Source: an uncultured Oscillospiraceae bacterium (GTDB lineage: Bacteria > Bacillota > Clostridia > Oscillospirales > Oscillospiraceae). From it: DNA of 64,000 nt. The stretch is from the NCBI GenBank assembly GCA_947631595.1, contig CANRLZ010000004.1, positions 6,985 to 70,984 of the forward strand, read 5' to 3'. The notes beneath the pieces were generated by a model that saw only the letters and a program-made list of their open reading frames with translations, had not been told where the DNA came from and ran no database searches. Below, piece after piece: positions 1-8,875 of this stretch. The position numbers and the translations under genes were made by a program. Position 1 is the stretch's first letter. Each line of letters begins with the position of its first letter.

Positions 1-200
1 TTGGGGTGGAGGATGTAGAGGCCCACCACGCGTCCGTCCAGCTCCGCCACGCCGCAACCGCTCTGGGCGGCGAAGAACTCCCGCGCCGCCGCCTCCGTCA
101 GGGTCTCCTCCTGGGGAAAGGCCACCCCGTCGGTCACCACCTGGTTCCAGACGGCGGCCATAGCCGGGACGTCCTTCGATTCATAGGCCCGCACGTTCAT
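1..200 (-). CDS. GNAT-family N-acetyltransferase, N-terminal part only (gene runs off the left edge)
   Basis: Own translation of the minus strand from ATG at 198-200 (GGGGAGAG RBS upstream): MNVRAYESKDVPAMAAVWNQVVTDGVAFPQEETLTEAAAREFFAAQSGCGVAELDGRVVGLYILHPN. This is a GNAT-like N-terminus. It is absent from the ORF track because no stop lies inside the window. Confidence 0.5.
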   Translation of the reverse strand, partial: MNVRAYESKDVPAMAAVWNQVVTDGVAFPQEETLTEAAAREFFAAQSGCGVAELDGRVVGLYILHP

Positions 201-215
201 CCGTCTCTCCCCTTT

Positions 216-719
216 TTAATACTGGTTCAGGGGGGCAGAGCCGTCGTCGCTCCCCTTCTCAATGGCGCGGATGACCATGTCGTAGCCCGCGCCGCCGCTG
301 ACCTCGATGTGTACCGTCTCCCCCACCCGGCGGCCCAGCAGGGCCTTGCCCACCGGGGACTCCCGGCTGATGAGGCCGTGGAGGGCGTCCTGGCGGACGG
401 TGGTGACCACCTGGTAGGTCTCCTGGCAGTCGTCCTCCGGGAGGTAGACGGTGATCTTGTCGTACAGCCCGGCGGCGTCGGTGGGGCCGTCGTCCTGGAT
501 GACGTGGGCGGTGCGGATCATGTTCTCCAGGTAGCGGATGCGGCCCTCGTTGCGGTTTTTCTCCTGCTTGGCCGCCTTGTACTCAAAGTTCTCCGACAAA
601 TCCCCAAAGCCCCGGGCGACCTTCACCGCCTCCAGCAGTTGGGGGCGCAGGGTGATGCGCCGGTAGTCCAGCTCCTGGCGCATCAGCTCCAGGTCCTTGG
701 CCGTCAGCTCGTTATGCAT
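216..719 (-). CDS. greA: Transcription elongation factor GreA
   Basis: 167 aa. Carries the Gre-family motif GDLSENFEYKAAKQE and the C-terminal ISRESPVGKALLGRRVGETV. AGGAGG RBS upstream of the ATG. Confidence 0.95.
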   Translation of the reverse strand: MHNELTAKDLELMRQELDYRRITLRPQLLEAVKVARGFGDLSENFEYKAAKQEKNRNEGRIRYLENMIRTAHVIQDDGPTDAAGLYDKITVYLPEDDCQETYQVVTTVRQDALHGLISRESPVGKALLGRRVGETVHIEVSGGAGYDMVIRAIEKGSDDGSAPLNQY

Positions 720-1620
720 GGGGCGTCTCCTCCTTTCGCGCCTCCCCCGCCCCGCGGGCGTGGGCGATGAGGCGGGTCATCAGGGAGACGCGCTGGAAGG
801 GGGTCATGAGGTAGACCCCGTCGGTGTAGGGGCGGATGGCCCGGATGACCTGGGCGGAGATCTCCTCGGCCAGGGCCTCTCCCCGCTCCCGGTCGGCTCC
901 CTCGTAGCGCTGGATAAGTTCCGGACTCAGGCGCATCCCGGAGACCTGGGTGTCCAGAAACAGGGCGTTTTTGTGGCTCACCACCGGGAACACGCCCCCC
1001 AGGAGCTTCCCTTTCAGAGTGGCCCGCGCCCGCTTCAGGTTGTCCAGGGCCTCCGGGGAGAGGATGGGCTGGGTGAGGAAACCGCTCACGCCGCAGCGCT
1101 CCTTCTCCCCCGCCCGGCGCAGCTCCGCGGGGAAGTTCACCGCGTTCACATTCAGCGCGGCGAACACCCGGAAGGGGTGGCGCAGCACCGTCTCGTTCAG
1201 GCCGGTGACGTATTTGGCCAGCTTCCGGGAGTTGAAGTGGAACACCGTCTTGGGGCGGCTCTCCCCCACCTTGGAGGCGGGGTCGCCGGTGACCAGGAGG
1301 ACATTGTGCACCCCCTCGATGGACAGGCCCAGCAGGAGGGCCTTGGTGGCGATCTCGTTTCTATCCCGGCAGGTCATGTGGGGCAGCGCTTCCACCCCCA
1401 GCTCCCGCTTGAGCTTGCAGGCCAGCAGGCTGCTGTCCGCCCGGGGCCGGCCCACGGGGGAGTCGGCGATGGTGACCGCGTCCGCCCCCACGTCCCGAAA
1501 GGCGGCCACGCCGTCCAAAAAGGGCTGGATCACATCGTCCACCGGGGGGTCCAGCTCCACGCACACCACCCAGTCCCCCCGCTCCAGCTTCTCCCAGAGG
1601 GGATTTCGCTCTTCCGTCAT
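712..1620 (-). CDS. metF: 5,10-methylenetetrahydrofolate reductase
   Basis: 302 aa with MTHFR-like HMTCRDRN and LLVTGDP motifs. GGGAGG RBS. Overlaps metH by 4 nt and greA by 8 nt. Confidence 0.85.
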   Translation of the reverse strand: MTEERNPLWEKLERGDWVVCVELDPPVDDVIQPFLDGVAAFRDVGADAVTIADSPVGRPRADSSLLACKLKRELGVEALPHMTCRDRNEIATKALLLGLSIEGVHNVLLVTGDPASKVGESRPKTVFHFNSRKLAKYVTGLNETVLRHPFRVFAALNVNAVNFPAELRRAGEKERCGVSGFLTQPILSPEALDNLKRARATLKGKLLGGVFPVVSHKNALFLDTQVSGMRLSPELIQRYEGADRERGEALAEEISAQVIRAIRPYTDGVYLMTPFQRVSLMTRLIAHARGAGEARKEETPHA

Positions 1621-3980
1621 CCCAACACCTCCCTGGCGATCCGCGCCGAGTCCTTGGCGTCCTTGGCGTAGTAGTCCGCGCCGATGCTCCGGGCGTAGTC
1701 CTCCGTCACCACCGCCCCGGCCACGAAGACCGCCGGGGGGGTGGGCAGGGCCTTCAAAAGGCGCACCGTCTCCGCCATGGCGGGGAGGGTGGTGGTCATC
1801 AGCGCGGACAGGCCCACCAGCTTCAGACCCTGGCGCTCCGCCTCCTCCGCCACCGTCTCCGGCGGCACGTCCCGGCCCAGATCCAGAACCTGGTAGCCGT
1901 AGTTCTCCATCACCGTCTTGGCGATGTTCTTGCCGATGTCGTGGATGTCCCCCCGGACGGTGGCCACCGCCAGGGCGCCCTTCTTCACCGGGGCGCCGCC
2001 GGTACGCTCCATCTGGGCGGCCACCGCCTCAAAGACGCTCTGGGCGGCCTGGGCGGCGCTGAGGAGCTGGGGCAGGTAGAGCCGCCCCGCCTCGTATTCC
2101 TCCCCCGCCCGGTCCAGGGCGGGGATCAGCTCTCCCTCCACCAGGGCCAGGGGTTCCATCCTCTCCAGCGCCTCCTGGGCCAGCCGCCCGGCCTCCCCCC
2201 GGCGGCCTTTCAGAATGGCCTGGGCCAGGGTGAACTCCTCCCCCGCCCCGGAGTCGGGAGCTGGGGCGGCGGGGGCAGCCTGGGCAAAGCGCTCCACGTA
2301 GGCGCCGCACCCCTCGTCCTCCCCGGACAGCACCCGGAAGGCGTGGATGGCGTCCATCATCTCGGCGCGGTTGGGGTCCAGGATGGGCAGGGTGAGGCCG
2401 TCGGCCAGGGCGGCGGTGAGGAAGGTCTGGTTCACCAGGGGGCGCTGGGGCAGGCCGAAGGAGATGTTGGACACCCCCAGCACCGTCTGAAGTCCCAGCT
2501 CCTCCCGCACCCCGCGCACCGCCGCCAGGGTCTCCACCGCCTGGGACTGCTGGGCGGAGACGGTCATGGTCAGGCAGTCGATCCACACGTCCTCCCGAGG
2601 GATGCCCTGGGCCAGGGCGGCGTCCAGGATGCGCCGGGCGATGGCCAGGCGCTCCTCCGCGGTCTGGGGCAGGCCGTTCTCATCCAGGCACAGGCCCACC
2701 ACCGCGCCGCCGTATTTCTTCACCAAGGGCAGCACCGCCGCCAGAGAGGCGGGGTCGCCGTTTACCGAGTTCACCGCCGGTTTCCCGTTGTACACCCGCA
2801 GGGCGGCCTCCAGGGCCGCCGGGTCCGCCGAGTCCAGTTGCAGGGGCAGGGAGACGGCGCTCTGGAGCTTCTTCACCACCTTGGGCAGCAGCTCCACCTC
2901 GTCCACGCCGGGACAGCCCACATTCACGTCCAGAATGTCCGCCCCCGCGTCCTCCTGGCGGACGGCTAAGTCCAGGATATAGTCCAGGTCCCCCTCCCGG
3001 AGCGCCTGCTGGAGGCGCTTTTTCCCGGTGGGGTTGATCCGCTCGCCGATCACCCGCACCCCGTCCAGCTCCAGACAGCGGGTGGGGGTGCAGACACGGG
3101 AGACGGGGGCGACCTGCCGGGAGACGGGGGGCATGCCGGAGAGGGTCTCGCGCACCAGGGCGATATAGTCCGGGGTGGTGCCGCAGCAGCCGCCCACGAT
3201 GGTGGCGCCCCGCTTTACCAGCTCCGCCAGGGCCGCGGCGAATTCCTCCGGCCCCATGGGGTAGTGGCCGTCCAGGGGGTCTGGCAGACCGGCGTTGGGC
3301 TTGGCGATGATGGGCAGCGCGGTGGCCCCGGCCAGGGTCTCCACCAGGGCGGTCATCTTGTCCGGCCCCAGGGAGCAGTTGAAGCCGATGGCGTCCGCCC
3401 CCAGCCCCTCCAGGGTCTTGGCCATGGACTCCACGCAGCAACCGGTGAAGGTCCGGCCTCCCTCCTCGAAGGAGAGGGTGACAAAGACGGGCAGGCCGCT
3501 GTGCTCCTTGGCGGCCAGGAGGGCGGCCTTGGCCTCGTAGAGGTCGGTCATGGTCTCGATGACGATCAGGTCGGCTCCCGCCTGCACCCCGGCCTCCACC
3601 ACCTCCCGGAAGAGGTCGTAGGCGCGCTCAAAGGTGAGGCTGCCCAGGGGTTCCAGCAGCTCCCCCAGCGGCCCGATGTCCAGGGCGACGCGCGCCCTCT
3701 CCCCCGCCGCGGCGCGGGCGGCGGCGACGGAGGCGGACACCACCTCCGCCGCCGTGTGGCCTGTGCCCGCCAGCTTTTTGCCGTTGCAGCCGAAGGTGTT
3801 GGCGTAGATCACCTGGCTGCCCGCCTGGACATAGGCTCTGTGAATGTCCATGAGCGCCTGGGGGTGGGTCAGGGCCAGCAGCTCCGGACGGGCGCTCCGG
3901 GGCAGGTCCAGGGCCTGGACCATGGTGCCCAGGGCGCCGTCCAGGAGGGTAAATCCCCCCTGCCAGAAGTTATCGTTCAC
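1617..3980 (-). CDS. metH: Cobalamin-dependent methionine synthase core (Hcy-binding, pterin-binding and B12-binding modules, no activation domain)
   Basis: 787 aa. N-terminal homocysteine S-methyltransferase region (GGCCGTTP zinc-site motif), pterin-binding region, and the B12-binding DxHDxG motif (GDIHDIGKN) near the C-terminus. GTG start with AGGAGG 8 nt upstream. Confidence 0.9.
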   Translation of the reverse strand: MNDNFWQGGFTLLDGALGTMVQALDLPRSARPELLALTHPQALMDIHRAYVQAGSQVIYANTFGCNGKKLAGTGHTAAEVVSASVAAARAAAGERARVALDIGPLGELLEPLGSLTFERAYDLFREVVEAGVQAGADLIVIETMTDLYEAKAALLAAKEHSGLPVFVTLSFEEGGRTFTGCCVESMAKTLEGLGADAIGFNCSLGPDKMTALVETLAGATALPIIAKPNAGLPDPLDGHYPMGPEEFAAALAELVKRGATIVGGCCGTTPDYIALVRETLSGMPPVSRQVAPVSRVCTPTRCLELDGVRVIGERINPTGKKRLQQALREGDLDYILDLAVRQEDAGADILDVNVGCPGVDEVELLPKVVKKLQSAVSLPLQLDSADPAALEAALRVYNGKPAVNSVNGDPASLAAVLPLVKKYGGAVVGLCLDENGLPQTAEERLAIARRILDAALAQGIPREDVWIDCLTMTVSAQQSQAVETLAAVRGVREELGLQTVLGVSNISFGLPQRPLVNQTFLTAALADGLTLPILDPNRAEMMDAIHAFRVLSGEDEGCGAYVERFAQAAPAAPAPDSGAGEEFTLAQAILKGRRGEAGRLAQEALERMEPLALVEGELIPALDRAGEEYEAGRLYLPQLLSAAQAAQSVFEAVAAQMERTGGAPVKKGALAVATVRGDIHDIGKNIAKTVMENYGYQVLDLGRDVPPETVAEEAERQGLKLVGLSALMTTTLPAMAETVRLLKALPTPPAVFVAGAVVTEDYARSIGADYYAKDAKDSARIAREVLG

Positions 3981-4629
3981 AGCGTTGGCCTCCTTTGGAA
4001 AAGGTACAGCTCCCCCGCAGGGGGCAGACCGCGCAGCCCCGCACCCGGGCGGGCTGGGGGGTGGGCGAGACGCCCACCAGGGCGGTGACGGATTTCACCG
4101 GGTCTAAAAGAGCGCTCTCGGTCACCACCAGGCCCAGCCGCCGGGGGGTGTCCAGCAGGGCGCACAGCGCGCTCTGGAGGGTCAGGGGCAGGTCGCCGTA
4201 GCCGGGGCTGAAGCGGTCGGTAAGGTATTGGCCGGGGAAACGGGCGGCGATCTCATCTTCCGCCTGGTCGCAGCCGGACTCCACCCAGGCGCTGCCGCAG
4301 GCGTCCAGAATGACCGCCTGGGCCATGTCCCGGGCCTGGGTGGAGCGCAAAAGCTGGTCGAACCGGGCGCCCAGGGTGCAGGCCAGGAGCGCGGCCTGGT
4401 CACACCCGGAGAGCATCTTCTCCGCCGTGGCGCCGGGGAGAACCACGTCCGTCCCGGCGAGGCGCACCCCGGCGGGGGCGCGCTCCAGGCGGAAGACGCG
4501 GTAGGTGTACCGGGGGGTGATCTGACCGGTCAGGGTCTGGGCGACCTGGGCGACCGTCTGGGCCAGCGCCTCGTCCGGCCGGCCCTTCACGCCCAGGTAG
4601 CGCAGGGCTTCGTCTACCGCCAGCTTCAT
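3970..4629 (-). CDS. Stand-alone methionine synthase activation (AdoMet-binding) domain protein
   Basis: The track ORF 3970..4869 is trimmed to the internal ATG at 4629 (MKLAVDEALRYLGVKG...). The upstream 80 codons are R/P/H-rich and overlap the nrdG coding region. The ATG overlaps the nrdG stop as ATGA. Size (~219 aa) and sequence fit the Met_synt_B12-type activation domain. Confidence 0.75.
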   Translation of the reverse strand: MKLAVDEALRYLGVKGRPDEALAQTVAQVAQTLTGQITPRYTYRVFRLERAPAGVRLAGTDVVLPGATAEKMLSGCDQAALLACTLGARFDQLLRSTQARDMAQAVILDACGSAWVESGCDQAEDEIAARFPGQYLTDRFSPGYGDLPLTLQSALCALLDTPRRLGLVVTESALLDPVKSVTALVGVSPTPQPARVRGCAVCPLRGSCTFSKGGQRCER

Positions 4630-5165
4630 ACCTTCCCCCGCTGCCGGTCGGGCAGGAGGGTGAGCACCCCCGTGGCCCGGGTGGTCTTCAGGTCGATGAG
4701 CCGCTGGTTCTCGCTGCCCCGGAAGCGCAGGGCGAGGTTCTTCTTCTCCTGGATGAAAGGCCCGTCCACCAGCACGTCGATGAGGTCCAGCATGGGCTGG
4801 GTGGCCTCGCAGTGCTTGGGGAAGGCGGGGTCGGTGAGCTTGTCCAGGGTGAAGCCGGTAAAGCACCACACCGTCTTGTCCGGGTAGGCGGCCCTGACCT
4901 TCTTCAAAAAGGGCAGCAGCTCCCGCTGGTTCTCCGGCTCGAAGGGTTCGCCCCCCAGAAGGGTGAGGCCGTTGATATAGCCAGGGGCCAGCATCTCCAA
5001 AATGGTCTCCTCCGTCTGGGCGGTGAAGGGCCGGCCGTAGGTAAAGTCCCAGGTCTGGGGCTGGAAACAGCCGGGACAGTGGTTGGTGCAGCCGGAGACG
5101 AAGAGGGTCACCCGCACCCCCTCCCCGTTGGCGATGTCGCAGTTTTTGATCTCTCCGTAGTACAT
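4626..5165 (-). CDS. nrdG: Anaerobic ribonucleoside-triphosphate reductase activating protein (radical SAM)
   Basis: 179 aa with the N-terminal CxxxCxxC cluster motif (GCTNHCPGCFQPQTW) and the typical MYYGEIKNCDIANGEGVR start. Confidence 0.95.
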   Translation of the reverse strand: MYYGEIKNCDIANGEGVRVTLFVSGCTNHCPGCFQPQTWDFTYGRPFTAQTEETILEMLAPGYINGLTLLGGEPFEPENQRELLPFLKKVRAAYPDKTVWCFTGFTLDKLTDPAFPKHCEATQPMLDLIDVLVDGPFIQEKKNLALRFRGSENQRLIDLKTTRATGVLTLLPDRQRGKV

Positions 5166-5246
5166 GGCGTTCTCCTTACAGCAAATAGGGGCGGGTTTCT
5201 GACCCGCCCCTATTGGTTGGTGATCTCTCTGGTTTTCCCGGTGAAC

Positions 5247-7445
5247 TTACAGGTGCAGGACCCGCTCGCGGATCTCCTGGGTCCGCCCCTGGTTCCAGAA
5301 CTGGGTGCCGATGTAGCCGCAGGTGCGCCGGGCGACGTTCATCTTGTCCTGATCCTCGTTGCCGCACTGGGGGCAGTGCCACACCAGCTTGCCGTCCTCC
5401 TCGATGATGTCGATCTCGCCGTCCCAGCCGCAGACCTGGCAGTAGTCGCTCTTGGTGTTCAGCTCGGCGTACATGATGTTGTCGTAGATGAACTTCATCA
5501 CCTGGAGCACCGCCTCCAGGTTGTCCTGCATATCCGGAACCTCCACGTAGCTGATGGCGCCGCCGGGGGACAGGGTCTGGAACTGGGACTCGAAGCGGAG
5601 CTTTTCAAAGGCGTCGATCTCCTCGGTGACGTGGACGTGATAGGAGTTGGTGATGTAGCCCTTGTCGGTGATGCCGGGGATGATGCCGAAACGCTTTTGC
5701 AGGCACTTGGCGAACTTGTAGGTGGTGGACTCCAGGGGGGTGCCGTAGAGGGAGAAGTCGATGTTGCTCTCCGCCTTCCACTTGCGGCAGGCGGCGTTCA
5801 TATACTCCATGACCTCCAGGGCGAAGGGGGTGGCCTCCGGGTCGGTGTGGGACTTGCCGGTCATGTACTTGACGCACTCGTAGAGGCCGGCGTAGCCCAG
5901 GGAGATGGTGGAGTAGCCGTTGTAGAGGAGCTTGTCGATGGTCTCCCCCTTCTCCAGCCGGGCCAGGGCGCCGTACTGCCAGAGGATGGGGGCGGCGTCG
6001 GAGAGGGTGCCCTTCAGCCGCTCATGGCGGCACAGCAGGGCGCGGTGGCACAGCTCCAGGCGCTCGTCAAAGATCTCCCAGAACTTCTGGAGGTTGCCGC
6101 CGGAGCTGAGGGCGATGTCCACCAGGTTCAGGGTGACCACGCCCTGGTTGAAGCGGCCGTAGTACTTGTGCTTGCCCGGCTCGTAGTTCCCGGCGTTGGC
6201 GATGTTGCCGATCCCGGCCTCGGTGAAGCGGTCGGGAGTGAGGAAGGAGCGGCAACCCATGCAGGTGTAGCAGTCCCCCTTGTCCCGGAGCATGATCTTC
6301 TCGGAGATGTAGTCGGGGACCATCCGCTTGGCGGTGCACTTGGCGGCCAGCTGGGTGAGATACCAGTAGGGGGAGTCCTCGGTGATGTTGTCCTCCTCCA
6401 GGACGTAGATGAGCTTGGGGAAGGCGGGGGTGACCCACACGCCCTTTTCGTTCTTGACCCCCTCGCACCGCTGGAGCAGGGTCTCCTCGATGATGAGGGC
6501 GAGGTCGCGCTTCTCCTGCTCGTTCCGGGCTTCGTTGAGGTACATGAACACCGTCACGAAAGGCGCCTGGCCGTTGGTGGTCAGGAGGGTGACCACTTGG
6601 TACTGGATGGTCTGGACGCCCCGGCGGATCTCCTCCCGCAGGCGGGATTCCACCAGCTCGGAGATCTTCTCCGGGTCGGGGGTGACGCCGATGTCCTCCA
6701 TCTCCTTTTCCACCACCTTGCGGATCTTCTGACGGGAGACGTCCACGAAGGGGGCGAGGTGGGTCAGGGAGATGGACTGGCCGCCGTACTGGTTGGAGGC
6801 CACCTGGGCGATGATCTGGGTGGCGATGTTGCAGGCGGTGGAGAAGGAGTGGGGCCGCTCGATGAGGGTGCCGGTGATGACGGTGCCGTTTTGCAGCATA
6901 TCCTCCAGGTTGACCAGGTCGCAGTTGTGCATGTGCTGGGCGAAATAGTCGCTGTCGTGGAAGTGGATCAAGCCCTCCTGGTGGGCCTCCACAATGTCCT
7001 CGGGGAGAAGGATGCGCTCGGTGATGTCCCGGCTCACCTCGCCGGCCATGTAGTCGCGCTGGGTGGAGTTCACCACCGGGTTCTTGTTGGCGTTCTCCTG
7101 CTTGGCCTCCTCGTTGCAGCACTCGATGAGGGAGAGGATCTTCTCGTCGGTGGTGTTGCTGCGGCGGACCAGGGAGCGGACGTAGCGGTAGGTGATGTAG
7201 TGCTTGGCCACCTCGTAGGCGCCGTGGGCCATGATCTGGATCTCCACCTGGTCCTGGATCTCCTCCACCGAGGGAGAGCGGTTCATGGCCTGGCAGTAGA
7301 GTTCCACAAACTGGGCGATGCGGTTGATCTGGGCGCTGGTGAGGCGCAGAGGCTCGTCCACAGTTTCGTTGGCCTTGGTCACCGCGGCGACGATCTTATC
7401 AATGTCAAAGCCCACCTCGGAGCCGTTGCGTTTGATGACTTTCAT
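5247..7445 (-). CDS. nrdD: Anaerobic ribonucleoside-triphosphate reductase (class III)
   Basis: 732 aa. N-terminal ATP-cone (MKVIKRNGSEVGFDIDKI), C-terminal Zn ribbon (CQVCG...CPQCG) and the glycyl-radical motif RRTCGYIG. Confidence 0.95.
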   Translation of the reverse strand: MKVIKRNGSEVGFDIDKIVAAVTKANETVDEPLRLTSAQINRIAQFVELYCQAMNRSPSVEEIQDQVEIQIMAHGAYEVAKHYITYRYVRSLVRRSNTTDEKILSLIECCNEEAKQENANKNPVVNSTQRDYMAGEVSRDITERILLPEDIVEAHQEGLIHFHDSDYFAQHMHNCDLVNLEDMLQNGTVITGTLIERPHSFSTACNIATQIIAQVASNQYGGQSISLTHLAPFVDVSRQKIRKVVEKEMEDIGVTPDPEKISELVESRLREEIRRGVQTIQYQVVTLLTTNGQAPFVTVFMYLNEARNEQEKRDLALIIEETLLQRCEGVKNEKGVWVTPAFPKLIYVLEEDNITEDSPYWYLTQLAAKCTAKRMVPDYISEKIMLRDKGDCYTCMGCRSFLTPDRFTEAGIGNIANAGNYEPGKHKYYGRFNQGVVTLNLVDIALSSGGNLQKFWEIFDERLELCHRALLCRHERLKGTLSDAAPILWQYGALARLEKGETIDKLLYNGYSTISLGYAGLYECVKYMTGKSHTDPEATPFALEVMEYMNAACRKWKAESNIDFSLYGTPLESTTYKFAKCLQKRFGIIPGITDKGYITNSYHVHVTEEIDAFEKLRFESQFQTLSPGGAISYVEVPDMQDNLEAVLQVMKFIYDNIMYAELNTKSDYCQVCGWDGEIDIIEEDGKLVWHCPQCGNEDQDKMNVARRTCGYIGTQFWNQGRTQEIRERVLHL

Positions 7446-7482
7446 GGTACTTCTCCCTCTTTCTGGTCTCTATCCGTGGGAC

Positions 7483-7533
7483 CGAATATCTTGTGCCGGG
7501 CATTATTGTAGCATACTATATGTTGTTTTGCAA
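7483..7533 (-). promoter_or_regulatory. nrdD promoter (TTGCAA-17-TACAAT) with two NrdR-box-like AT-rich partial palindromes
   Basis: On the minus strand, -35 TTGCAA is at 7528-7533 and -10 TACAAT at 7505-7510, with an exact 17-nt spacer. Box-like element caacatatagtatg (7512-7525) fills the spacer. Element gcacaagatattcg (7483-7496) lies just downstream. The centres are about 30 bp apart, as for NrdR box pairs. The match to the consensus is only partial. Confidence 0.45.
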
Positions 7534-7604
7534 GGGGATTTACATAAAAAATTGACACCGGATTTTGTGTAGTTTGCCAAAGACCCGCCCGCTCCGGGAC
7601 GTCA

Positions 7605-7633
7605 TTGACAAATCGTCCCTGGCGTGGTATACC
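7605..7633 (+). promoter_or_regulatory. Sigma-A-type promoter of the adh-aldh-degV operon
   Basis: TTGACA (7605-7610), 17-nt spacer, TGgTATACC extended -10 (7625-7633). Confidence 0.5.
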
Positions 7634-7677
7634 TTATAACTAATGAGAACCACGCGCGGAAAGGAGATCAATCCGTT

Positions 7678-8874
7678 ATGAACCCGTTTGAAAAGGTATA
7701 CTGCCGCCTCTTCCAGGGGGCGTTTCGCCTGGCCCTGCCCGTCCTCCCCTACCGGGACCCCAAGATCCTGGAGCACGTCACCGACATCCCCGCCCAGCTC
7801 TCCGCCCAGGGGAAGTTCTGCCCCCTGCTGGTCACGGACAGCCAGATCAACGCCCTGGGGCTGACAAAGCCCCTGGAGGAGGCCCTGACCAAACAGGGCA
7901 TGGACGTGGTGGTCTTTGACGGGGCCAAGCCCAACCCCACCACCGGCATGGTGGAGCGGGCCTATGAACTCTATAAAGAGCGGGGCTGTGACAGCCTCAT
8001 CGCCTTCGGCGGCGGCTCCCCCATGGACTGCGCCAAGGCGGTGGGCGTGCGGGTGGCCCGGCCCCGGAAGACCCTGGGCCAGATGGCGGGTATTTTAAAG
8101 GTATGGCACAAGCTCCCCTACCTCATCGCCGTGCCCACCACCGCCGGCACGGGGAGCGAGACCACCCTGGCCGCCGTCATCGTGGACGACAAGACCCGGC
8201 ACAAGTACGTCATCAACGACTTCTTCCTCATCCCCCCCTGCGCCGTGCTGGACCCCCAGCTCATCCACACCCTGCCCGCCCACCTGATGGCCGCCACCGG
8301 CATCGACGCCCTCACCCATGCCGTGGAGGCGTACATCGGCCGCTCCACCAACCAGCACACCCGCCGGGACGCGGAGGAGGCCACCCGGCTGGTCTTCGCC
8401 AACCTGAAACAGGCCGCCGCCCACGAGAGCGCGGAGGCGGAGGCCGCCATGCTCCGGGCCGCCCACCTGGCCGGCCGGGCCTTTACCCGCTCCTACGTGG
8501 GCTACATCCACGCCGTCAGCCACTCCCTCAGCGGCAAGTACGACCTGCCCCACGGCCAGACCAACGCCACCCTGCTGCCCATGGTGCTGGAGATGTACGG
8601 GGACAAGATCCACAAGAAGCTGGCCAAGCTGGCCCTGTGCGCCGGCGTCGGCCAGGAGGGCCAGAGCGAGGCGGAGTTGGCCGGGGCTTTCATCGCCGCC
8701 ATCCGCAAGCTGAACGACGAGCTGGGCATCCCCCGGACCATCCCCAACATCCGGGAGGAGGACATCCCCGCCCTGGCCAAGTACGCCGCCCATGAGGGCA
8801 ACCCCCTCTACCCCGTGCCGGTCCTCTGGAACGCCCGGGAGCTGGAGGAGATCTATCGAAAGGCGGGGAAGTAA
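7678..8874 (+). CDS. Iron-containing (group III) alcohol dehydrogenase
   Basis: Track ORF 7624..8874 trimmed to the ATG at 7678, which has a GGAGA RBS (MNPFEKVYCRL...). Carries the GGGSPMDCAKA motif and His-rich metal-site region typical of Fe-ADH. Confidence 0.85.
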   Translation: MNPFEKVYCRLFQGAFRLALPVLPYRDPKILEHVTDIPAQLSAQGKFCPLLVTDSQINALGLTKPLEEALTKQGMDVVVFDGAKPNPTTGMVERAYELYKERGCDSLIAFGGGSPMDCAKAVGVRVARPRKTLGQMAGILKVWHKLPYLIAVPTTAGTGSETTLAAVIVDDKTRHKYVINDFFLIPPCAVLDPQLIHTLPAHLMAATGIDALTHAVEAYIGRSTNQHTRRDAEEATRLVFANLKQAAAHESAEAEAAMLRAAHLAGRAFTRSYVGYIHAVSHSLSGKYDLPHGQTNATLLPMVLEMYGDKIHKKLAKLALCAGVGQEGQSEAELAGAFIAAIRKLNDELGIPRTIPNIREEDIPALAKYAAHEGNPLYPVPVLWNARELEEIYRKAGK

Positions 8875-8875
8875 A

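Noticed and set aside
6-770. 254-aa plus-strand ORF spanning greA and the GNAT gene start
   Set aside because: It is antisense to greA, which has canonical Gre motifs and a good RBS. The composition is typical of a GC artefact.
3970-4869. N-terminal extensions of track ORFs. Also 14982..16604, 57281..58579, 36995..39679, 41104..42345, 31340..32392, 50383..51393, 21814..22545, 7624..8874, 8792..10255.
   Set aside because: The extensions overlap the upstream gene, the tRNA or the T-box leader and are R/P-rich. Internal starts with good Shine-Dalgarno sequences give N-termini typical of the respective families.
7446-7620. Cobalamin or other riboswitch upstream of nrdD
   Set aside because: The leader between the predicted -10 (7505-7510) and the start codon (7445) is only about 55 nt. 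It contains no B12-box-like sequence. The AT-rich palindromes fit protein operator sites better.
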